Positions 26,952 through 33,674 of a stretch of DNA of 64,000 nucleotides are shown piece after piece. The DNA is taken from IMG/VR virus record IMGVR_UViG_3300027689_000001, positions 86,001 to 150,000 of that record; one strand, given 5' to 3'. The notes under the pieces are model-generated. The model was given only the letters and a program-made list of their open reading frames with translations, made no database searches and had not been told where the DNA came from. The position numbers and the translations under genes were made by a program. This DNA comes from a virus. Taxonomy: Duplodnaviria > Caudoviricetes. Numbering within the stretch: position 1 is the first letter of the stretch; every line of letters begins with the position of its first letter.

Positions 26952-27440
26952 TTACTTAGTTTTACCTTCTGCTAAGAATTCGGCAGCTTGCGACGGATAC
27001 TCATTTTCCTCATCGGTGATGTCGATTTTCTTTGCTTTCTTTTCTTCTGGAATAAATGCTTCAAGAAAAATCTTCAGCATACCATTAACCAGAGAAGAAC
27101 TCTTTACTTCAACATTGTCGGCGAGAGTGAATTCACGTTTGAATCCTCGCTCGGCAATTCCCTTGTAGAGATATTCAGTAGACTCCGATGACTCACATTT
27201 TCCGTGAATACTCAACAGACCCTCTTGCAATTGAATATCAATCTCCGACTTACCGAAACCAGCAACTGCCAGTTCGATTACGTATCGATCTTCATCGACT
27301 TTCTTGATATTGTATGGGGGGTATTTAATTGGCATCATTAGCGTCGATTGATCAGCGATGTCTGCCAATCTCTTCATGACGCGATCAGCGCCGACGAAAT
27401 AACGGTCGAAGTCTGCTAGATTAGTTGTATTAAATTTCAT
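26952..27440 (-). CDS. hsp20: Small heat-shock protein (IbpA/Hsp20)
   Basis: YPPYNI, IELAVAGF, YKGIAERGFKREFTLA, NGMLKIFL, IPEEKK; start ATG 27440 after AGGAG. Confidence 0.95.
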   Translation of the reverse strand: MKFNTTNLADFDRYFVGADRVMKRLADIADQSTLMMPIKYPPYNIKKVDEDRYVIELAVAGFGKSEIDIQLQEGLLSIHGKCESSESTEYLYKGIAERGFKREFTLADNVEVKSSSLVNGMLKIFLEAFIPEEKKAKKIDITDEENEYPSQAAEFLAEGKTK

Positions 27441-27498
27441 AATTGTTCTCCTATTAAGCGAGATTAAAAAAGTGTGCCATCCGAAGCATGGCACTCTC
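27441..27498 (-). promoter_or_regulatory. ROSE-like RNA thermometer in the hsp20 5' UTR
   Basis: 5' hairpin GTGCCAT-GCTTCGG-ATGGCAC, then CUCGCU-UAAU-AGGAG, in which U(C)GCU pairs with the SD leaving a bulged G. Confidence 0.65.
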
Positions 27499-27506
27499 TA
27501 TTTATA
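27499..27506 (-). promoter_or_regulatory. gp55-dependent late promoter for hsp20
   Basis: Exact TATAAATA. Confidence 0.75.
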
Positions 27507-27530
27507 TTATATTTTTAAAAGAAGGGAAAA

Positions 27531-28280
27531 TTATTTTTTAAGTATTTCCCATGTTCCATCATAATTTTCTACAAGAGCGGTGCAACTCTCACACCAGTCA
27601 CCATCGTTCATGTAAACAATCTCATCATATTGTGTAATTTCCGCATGATGAATATGTCCGCAGATAACTCCATCGTAACCCTTGCGTTTACAATAGTAAG
27701 ACATTTCTTTTTCGAACTCACCAATATAATTAGCAGCAAGTTTTGCTTTACGCTTTAAATACTTTGCTAAACTCCATGGTTGCATCCCGAGCAGTCTTCT
27801 TGATGCATTAATAATCTTATTGACATAGAGCAGAGAGTCATATGCAAAGTCTCCAAGATGCATAATGACTCGACCAGTCTTTGTTCGCATCAAGTTATCG
27901 AAGAGATCACCATGCACTACCAAATAGCGTTTACCATCTACTCCAACATGAACACATCTATGTTCTACTTGGATTCTACCAATTGATATATCTGGGAACG
28001 ATCTAAAAATTTCATCATGATTACCAGTGACATATATTACTTCTGTCTTTTCTGACATCTTGAGTATTTTTCTGACAATTTGGTTGTGTATTTTTGGCCA
28101 ATACCATTTCTTTTTGAGTCGCCACACATCGACAATATCTCCGACAAGATACAACTTTTCAGTTCGAATCATAGATAGAAATTCTAACAGAGCATCAGAG
28201 TTGCAATGCTTGGACCCAAGATGTAAGTCTGATATGAATACGGATTTGTATTTTTTGCCCGTATTCATTGGCATATACAA
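27531..28280 (-). CDS. LpxH/YbbF-like calcineurin-type metallophosphoesterase
   Basis: ISDLHLG, LVGDIVD, GNHDE, HGDLFD, ICGHIH, NDGDWCES. Confidence 0.88.
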   Translation of the reverse strand: MYMPMNTGKKYKSVFISDLHLGSKHCNSDALLEFLSMIRTEKLYLVGDIVDVWRLKKKWYWPKIHNQIVRKILKMSEKTEVIYVTGNHDEIFRSFPDISIGRIQVEHRCVHVGVDGKRYLVVHGDLFDNLMRTKTGRVIMHLGDFAYDSLLYVNKIINASRRLLGMQPWSLAKYLKRKAKLAANYIGEFEKEMSYYCKRKGYDGVICGHIHHAEITQYDEIVYMNDGDWCESCTALVENYDGTWEILKK

Positions 28281-28282
28281 AA

Positions 28283-28699
28283 TTACCTTTTTGTTCCAAT
28301 ATTATATTTTTGGACCAGTTCCCACTCACCCTTTTCTTTGTGAGCGATAATCTTAATTTGATTTAGTGGTGCAAGATTTTCGTGCAGTTCTGGATTCTTA
28401 ATGTCTACCAGACCCCAATCACCAAGCAACTTGGCAATGGTGTTTCTACGTTCTAGATCATTGTCGCTAAAGTCAGCACCCTTGCCATCTAGAGCAAAAA
28501 GTTCCTTAAAGTGAACAATGAAGTATCTACCTTGTTTATGTAGAATATGGCAGGACTGGAAAAGAGTCTTTTCCTTGCGTGATGCTACACCAATACGCGA
28601 AAGAGTTTCGCGAACCTTTAGAAAATCATCTGGAGTTTTAAGAGTTATCTCTAGTGGAGCATACCCAGGAAAGTTAATGTCAAAAAAATCATCAGTCAT
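28283..28699 (-). CDS. regA: Translational repressor
   Basis: PDDFLKVRETLSRIGVAS...QSCHILHKQGRYFIVHFKELFALDG...KYNIG. Confidence 0.97.
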   Translation of the reverse strand: MTDDFFDINFPGYAPLEITLKTPDDFLKVRETLSRIGVASRKEKTLFQSCHILHKQGRYFIVHFKELFALDGKGADFSDNDLERRNTIAKLLGDWGLVDIKNPELHENLAPLNQIKIIAHKEKGEWELVQKYNIGTKR

Positions 28700-29151
28700 T
28701 TAGTACCACCTTTATACAATTTCTCTTTTATGTATTGTTTTTGTTCTTCAGAGAGAATTGCAAGTACTTGGCGTGCTTTTTCATTGCTATAACCATAATA
28801 CTCTTTGATCAACTCTACATCAGCATTCTTTTCGGTCTTTAACCACTTATCCCAACGGTTTTTTGCCCGTATAGTATTTATAAGAAACGCATTCTGTAGA
28901 GCATTATCGAGGTGGGGACGACAATTCATCTCATTCGCTTGAATAATAGTCTCGCGATTTAATGAAAGTGCTCGATTAATGATATATGGGGTGTATTGTT
29001 TCTCCGATCTTTCGTCTACAATAAGATTTTTTTGTTGATTGATATTCTTGACAAACTCAAATGGACTTATCTTAGATATCTTTTCAACATAATCTTCTGA
29101 ATTGTAAATCTTAGTAGGTGCACCCAAACCTTCTAGGATTGCTTCTGTCAT
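28696..29151 (-). CDS. gp62: Clamp loader small subunit
   Basis: YTPYIINRALS, ANEMN, IKEYYGYSNEKA, YKGG. Confidence 0.95.
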   Translation of the reverse strand: MTEAILEGLGAPTKIYNSEDYVEKISKISPFEFVKNINQQKNLIVDERSEKQYTPYIINRALSLNRETIIQANEMNCRPHLDNALQNAFLINTIRAKNRWDKWLKTEKNADVELIKEYYGYSNEKARQVLAILSEEQKQYIKEKLYKGGTK

Positions 29152-30083
29152 TTCCACACCGCAGTCGCCATGATGTCAGTCAAACATGCAACCAGATTGA
29201 TTTCCTGATCGACTGCAAATGCTGCCTTGTATTGATAGTCTGCAAGAAGAAGAATGATAACAGGGATATTTTTAAACTCATCAAGGTACACATCATAGAT
29301 CTTGCGAATGATAGCATTGGGATCATTGTCCATATTATCAACGACCCATGAGCGCATCTTCGCCCAATCTTTGCCTTGAAGATAAGTCAACAGACTTTTC
29401 ATATCAAGATCTTTATTGCTAATGAGAACACCCTCATCAATAGTGCCACCGACACTATAACGTTGAAGTTCGTTTAGGACGCGACGATAATCAGGAAAAT
29501 GCTTCTTGAGAACATGAGCAACCACCTTCTCATCAAAGGTAACATTCTCTCCACGAAGAATGTCAGTCAATCGTTTCATGAAACGACCTGCCATTTTCGG
29601 ACGATCTGCCTTGGTAAGTTTAAATTCGATAACTGCACACCGACTATGCAGTGGAGAAATAATCTTATCCTTAAAGTTACAGGTGAAGATAAATCGACAG
29701 TTATTCGAGTATTGTTCGATGAACGCACGAAGCGCAGGTTGTGTTGAATTTGGATTGAGGTAATCTGCCTCATCAAGAATTACGATCTTGGGTTTACCAT
29801 TAAATGAAACCGACGCAGCAAACTCTGTAATCTTTGTACGTAGAGTATCAATATTTCTATCATCAGAACCATTGATAATTAGATAATCACATCCAAGTTC
29901 TTCACAGACTGCGCGAGCGATGGTAGTCTTACCAACACCCGCAGAACCACAGAGAAGCATGTTAGGAATTTCGCCAGATTCAACAAACTGGCGGAAGGTA
30001 TTTAATTGTGCATCTGGAAGGATGCAGTCGTCCAATTTACGAGGACGATACTTCTCGACCCAGAGAAACTGCGCATTGCTCAT
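29148..30083 (-). CDS. gp44: Clamp loader AAA+ subunit
   Basis: LWVEKYRP, GSAGVGKTT, ILDEAD, PLHSRC, PDYRR; start ATG 30083. Confidence 0.97.
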   Translation of the reverse strand: MSNAQFLWVEKYRPRKLDDCILPDAQLNTFRQFVESGEIPNMLLCGSAGVGKTTIARAVCEELGCDYLIINGSDDRNIDTLRTKITEFAASVSFNGKPKIVILDEADYLNPNSTQPALRAFIEQYSNNCRFIFTCNFKDKIISPLHSRCAVIEFKLTKADRPKMAGRFMKRLTDILRGENVTFDEKVVAHVLKKHFPDYRRVLNELQRYSVGGTIDEGVLISNKDLDMKSLLTYLQGKDWAKMRSWVVDNMDNDPNAIIRKIYDVYLDEFKNIPVIILLLADYQYKAAFAVDQEINLVACLTDIMATAVWK

Positions 30084-30105
30084 AATAATCTCCATAATAA
30101 AAGGT

Positions 30106-30152
30106 GGGTGATGCCTCATCGATGACGCTCTTCGCAGCAGCAGACATCACCC
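30106..30152 (-). other. Structured RNA element between peroxiredoxin and gp44
   Basis: 11-bp stem GGGTGATGTCT/AGGCATCACCC (one G-U) enclosing a GCGA-tetraloop hairpin and a TCATCGATGA palindrome. Confidence 0.5.
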
Positions 30153-30166
30153 TCAGCGAAGTTTGA

Positions 30167-30706
30167 CTAACTATTCGATTGCAACCAATGCAAGATAGTG
30201 TATGGATCAGTCTCTCCATACGGATCAGTCTCACAGTTATCTTCCTTCCCAGGTTCGATAAACCACTTCTCGATCTTACCGTTGTCTACGACAACTGCAT
30301 AACGCCAAGAACGAATACCAAAACCAAGATTGTCCTTATAAACTTCCATGTTCATACCAGAAGTAAACTCTGCAGAACCATCAGGGATAACCTTGACATA
30401 CTCAAGGTTTTGCGACTCTGCCCACTTATTCATCACGAAAGAATCATTGACCGACAGGCAGTAGATCTCGTCGATACCATGAGAGTAAAAACTCATCGCC
30501 AGTTCGTCAAATCCAGGAAGTTGCATCGTCGAACAAGTAGGAGTAAATGCTCCAGGAAGCGAGAATAGGATAACACGTTTACCTGCGAACAAATCAAACG
30601 ATGTCACATCTTCCCAGCGATAAGGATTATCGCCATCGATGGATTCGTCTCGAACGCGAGTCTTGAAGACTACACTCGGAACAACTGTTGGTAGATTATC
30701 ATGCAC
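30167..30706 (-). CDS. Peroxiredoxin (Prx5/redoxin family)
   Basis: FSLPGAFTPTCS, CLSVNDSFVM, RSWRYA; probable GTG start at 30706 after GGAG. Confidence 0.93.
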   Translation of the reverse strand: MHDNLPTVVPSVVFKTRVRDESIDGDNPYRWEDVTSFDLFAGKRVILFSLPGAFTPTCSTMQLPGFDELAMSFYSHGIDEIYCLSVNDSFVMNKWAESQNLEYVKVIPDGSAEFTSGMNMEVYKDNLGFGIRSWRYAVVVDNGKIEKWFIEPGKEDNCETDPYGETDPYTILHWLQSNS

Positions 30707-30872
30707 TTGGATTCTCCACTTGAACATCCCAATCATTGAGAATCAGGAACTTATTAAACTGACGGATGACTTCATCGACACTACCCGTAGTAAATTCAAT
30801 AGAGGTTGCTCGACCAGTTTCATCAGCATCATATGGAACTCGCGCATTGAAAGTAATTTCTAATTTTTGCAT
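30699..30872 (-). CDS. Small hypothetical protein (57 aa, below the ORF-track cutoff)
   Basis: MQKLEITFNARVPYDADETGRATSIEFTTGSVDEVIRQFNKFLILNDWDVQVENPSA; AAGGA SD; fills the gap between gp45 and peroxiredoxin. Confidence 0.7.
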   Translation of the reverse strand: MQKLEITFNARVPYDADETGRATSIEFTTGSVDEVIRQFNKFLILNDWDVQVENPSA

Positions 30873-30882
30873 GTTCTTATCC

Positions 30883-31542
30883 TTATACGACCGACGAGGG
30901 TTCCATTGCCAACCAGTATTCCAACTTCTTGGACAGGTTGTTAAAGTGCATTGCCTTCTTCTTTCCGAGAGTTACCTCATAGTCGTCAGCAATAACCTTC
31001 AGATTCTCAACCTTCAGTCGGCAATCAAAGTCACCTTCTGCATTATTGTCAAGTTCGCGACGGAATGCATTCGCACGAGGATTGGCAGGGTCACTAACAG
31101 TCAGAGTCACCTTACCACCCTTAGAGACAACGCTCATGGTTGGGGCAGAAAGAATAGACGCTGCCTTCTGAACCATACCGATCTCAGAAGAAGTCATCTT
31201 GAAGGTGAAGAACGGATCGATCTCGAGAGTCTTATAGGGAGCAGCGGTAACAACCGAGGGATCAGCGTAACCATACTCGAATTCTGACTTGTCCTTGCGA
31301 AGGAACATGCTCGACTCTTCAAACTCGATATCTTGCTCGTCCCAGATGCTGAGAAGAGCGAGGAGATTGGGGAGATCATACACTGCGAATTCGCGAGGGA
31401 ATGATTCAGATACAGTGGCAAGAGTCAGAATGTTCTTACCTTCACTTACAGTCGCAAGAACAGAACCTGCACGAACGACAATGTTCGTATTAATCGAGGC
31501 AAAGTTCTTTAGAACTGCGAGAGTTTCGTTAGAGATCTTCAT
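30883..31542 (-). CDS. gp45: Sliding clamp
   Basis: MKISNETLAVLKNFASIN, FAVYDL, KVENLK...DYEV, YWLAME. Confidence 0.96.
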   Translation of the reverse strand: MKISNETLAVLKNFASINTNIVVRAGSVLATVSEGKNILTLATVSESFPREFAVYDLPNLLALLSIWDEQDIEFEESSMFLRKDKSEFEYGYADPSVVTAAPYKTLEIDPFFTFKMTSSEIGMVQKAASILSAPTMSVVSKGGKVTLTVSDPANPRANAFRRELDNNAEGDFDCRLKVENLKVIADDYEVTLGKKKAMHFNNLSKKLEYWLAMEPSSVV

Positions 31543-31548
31543 AATATA

Positions 31549-31980
31549 TTAGTCCTTAGTATTCAGAGAGGTTTTAAGAGATGGTAATGTAATAGTACCA
31601 CCATTGGTTATACTATCATTGTTAAAGAAAGTCAAGGTATTTGTTGTACTTCCCATAGTAGTAAAGTTGTCATTATTAATGATTAGATCGGTTATCGAAT
31701 CTTCTTCATATTCTTTATCATGCACATGCAGAGCAATAATCGCGTAATGAATAACTTTCATAAGATCTTTACGCCAGTCATCAGGAGTTCCTTTATTACC
31801 GTAACGCTGGGCATACTTCATGATGTTGCCAATAGTAAACCCCTCACCATGACCACCGTCGATAATAAATTCAGTTGCCTGAAACTTATTCTGAGAGTAG
31901 TGTTCATTGTATGTGGAGTTTATATAGTCGGTGATCTCCCGTAGGAAATCACCCTCATTATACTTATACTTAATTGTCAT
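31549..31980 (-). CDS. DUF3310/SaV-like conserved phage protein
   Basis: HYS...QATEFI...GFTIGNIMKYAQRYG-KG...DLMKVIHYA. Confidence 0.8.
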   Translation of the reverse strand: MTIKYKYNEGDFLREITDYINSTYNEHYSQNKFQATEFIIDGGHGEGFTIGNIMKYAQRYGNKGTPDDWRKDLMKVIHYAIIALHVHDKEYEEDSITDLIINNDNFTTMGSTTNTLTFFNNDSITNGGTITLPSLKTSLNTKD

Positions 31981-31989
31981 GTTTTCTCC

Positions 31990-33153
31990 TTAAAATGGCA
32001 TTTCTTCAGTTTGATCAAAATAGGAATCATTGTTGTCTGTCGGTTCAGCGACAGAGTCCGCATTCACATCAACCTTGCTATAGAGGTCGAGGAATGCTGC
32101 CTTGGTGTCAGCGTCGAAACGGTTGACGCACAACTGGATTGCCTTAGAACGGTCGCCGAACATCGCGAAGGCATTGACGATGTGCTCAAGACGACGAGTG
32201 GAAACTAGTTCGTCGACACCACCGTCATAGAAAGTCTTACGGATGATTTCTGCCCACGTGGTCAGTTTGTCAGCGAATTCTTCGTCAACCTTTCCTGCCT
32301 TTTCCATCTTATTCATCACGATCTTCTTTTCGATCTTGGCGGAAGGATATTCCTGCTCAACAGTGATGGCAAAACGCTCAAGGAAAGCATCGTCGAGGAT
32401 TTGGGCAGACATAAACTTGCCATCGTCAGAACCACGACCCTTGGTGTTAGCAGTGGCGATGACGTTGAACCCTGCCTTGGGGTAAATCGTCTCGCCAGTT
32501 TTCTTATTGAAATAAGGTTTACCCTCAAGGATTGCTTGAAGGCACATCATCTTGTTCGAACCACGGTCGATTTCGTCAAGGATGAGGATAGCACCACGCT
32601 TCATGGCGGTCAGAACTGGACCTTCGCGGTAGACAACGTTACCGTCGATCAGAGTGTTACCACCGATCAGATCGTCTTCGTCAGTTTCGATAGAGATGTT
32701 AACACGAATGCATTCACGCTTCAACTTAGCGCATGCCTGTTCAATCATGGTGGTCTTACCGTTACCAGACAGACCAGAAACGAACGTCGGGTAGAACACA
32801 CCAGCGTTCAGAATCTTGATTAGATCCTTATAGAAACCAAACGGGACATAGGTCTTGTCGACCGAGGGAACAAGATTCTCAATGAGAACTTCTAACTTAG
32901 GAGCGATAACAATCTTCGCTGGTTCGCGAACAGGCATCGGGATAACGTTACCTGACATCAGAGGTGACAGATCGTACTTACCACGACCGATGCGGTGCTC
33001 GGTCATGTTTAGCAACCAGAAAGGAATCTTCTGACCGAGGTCACGGGCAGCAGCGACGATTTCCTTCTTAAGGAAAATCCCATTTTTGCTGTTGGAGTTG
33101 GAGAGTTTTTCAAGCAGTGCTTCACGGTTCATAATCATATTCATCATCCTCAC
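31990..33153 (-). CDS. MoxR/CobS-like AAA+ ATPase
   Basis: GLSGNGKT, ETDEDDLIGG, LDEID, TANTKGRG, AFLERF, STRRL. Confidence 0.92.
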   Translation of the reverse strand: MRMMNMIMNREALLEKLSNSNSKNGIFLKKEIVAAARDLGQKIPFWLLNMTEHRIGRGKYDLSPLMSGNVIPMPVREPAKIVIAPKLEVLIENLVPSVDKTYVPFGFYKDLIKILNAGVFYPTFVSGLSGNGKTTMIEQACAKLKRECIRVNISIETDEDDLIGGNTLIDGNVVYREGPVLTAMKRGAILILDEIDRGSNKMMCLQAILEGKPYFNKKTGETIYPKAGFNVIATANTKGRGSDDGKFMSAQILDDAFLERFAITVEQEYPSAKIEKKIVMNKMEKAGKVDEEFADKLTTWAEIIRKTFYDGGVDELVSTRRLEHIVNAFAMFGDRSKAIQLCVNRFDADTKAAFLDLYSKVDVNADSVAEPTDNNDSYFDQTEEMPF

Positions 33154-33171
33154 ATCATCATAATATAATAC

Positions 33172-33200
33172 ATTCTACCGCAATTTTGCGGTAAAGTCAA
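33172..33200 (-). promoter_or_regulatory. Early sigma70-type promoter with an internal palindrome
   Basis: TTGACT-17 nt-TAGAAT; spacer contains TACCGCAA-AA-TTGCGGTA. Confidence 0.8.
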
Positions 33201-33208
33201 CAGTTTTT

Positions 33209-33406
33209 TCAAGAAAGAAGCGTCAATTCACGACGTTCAGACAATTCATAAGTACCATCATTGCAGAAGTCATAATATTCAACGGTTTCATCAAGAAGAA
33301 GAATAAACCCAGCACCGTTGGGATAAACAGCACGAAGGACACCATTTTCATCACGCGACCATTTAAGGAGGACGAGAGTTTCAAGTTCAGAGGGGAAATC
33401 AACCAT
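33209..33406 (-). CDS. Small hypothetical early protein
   Basis: 65 aa with AAAGGA SD and its own promoter. Confidence 0.6.
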   Translation of the reverse strand: MVDFPSELETLVLLKWSRDENGVLRAVYPNGAGFILLLDETVEYYDFCNDGTYELSERRELTLLS

Positions 33407-33437
33407 AATAAAATTTTCCTTTTCAAATTATATACAC

Positions 33438-33466
33438 AGTATACCCCAAAACTGCGATAAAGTCAA
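33438..33466 (-). promoter_or_regulatory. Early sigma70-type promoter
   Basis: TTGACT-17 nt-TATACT with GGGG before the -10. Confidence 0.8.
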
Positions 33467-33657
33467 GCCCTATTCTTGCGATATATGTAAAAAAGATATA
33501 AGATTATCCATAGAGGCCACAGCGAAAGCGCAATCAAAAACGCTGCACCCAACACATAAAATGCTAAGACCAAAACCGCGATTAATCCAATAAATTCTAA
33601 CATAGACTTCTCCCGTAACCACTCTAACATAGACTTCTCCCGTAACCACTCTAACAT
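33463..33657 (-). CDS. Small membrane protein with a tandemly repeated N-terminus
   Basis: (MLEWLREKS)x2-MLEF, then a long hydrophobic segment and basic tail YRKNRA; ATG 33657 follows GGAGG. Confidence 0.6.
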   Translation of the reverse strand: MLEWLREKSMLEWLREKSMLEFIGLIAVLVLAFYVLGAAFLIALSLWPLWIILYLFYIYRKNRA

Positions 33658-33663
33658 AGACTT
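33596..33663. repeat. 27-bp perfect tandem repeat, about 2.5 copies
   Basis: TCTAACATAGACTTCTCCCGTAACCAC at 33596-33622 and 33623-33649, plus a partial copy at 33650-33663. Confidence 0.95.
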
Positions 33664-33674
33664 TCCTCCGAACA

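Noticed and set aside
30106-30160. Hammerhead ribozyme
   Set aside because: The conserved CUGANGA and GAAA core is missing.
30699-30701. TGA next to the peroxiredoxin as a selenocysteine codon, with the 30106 structure as SECIS
   Set aside because: The TGA ends the upstream small ORF in a different frame, and the peroxiredoxin has an ordinary catalytic Cys (TPTC).
33596-33663. Mini CRISPR array
   Set aside because: The repeats are contiguous with no spacers and lie in frame within a CDS; no cas genes are present.
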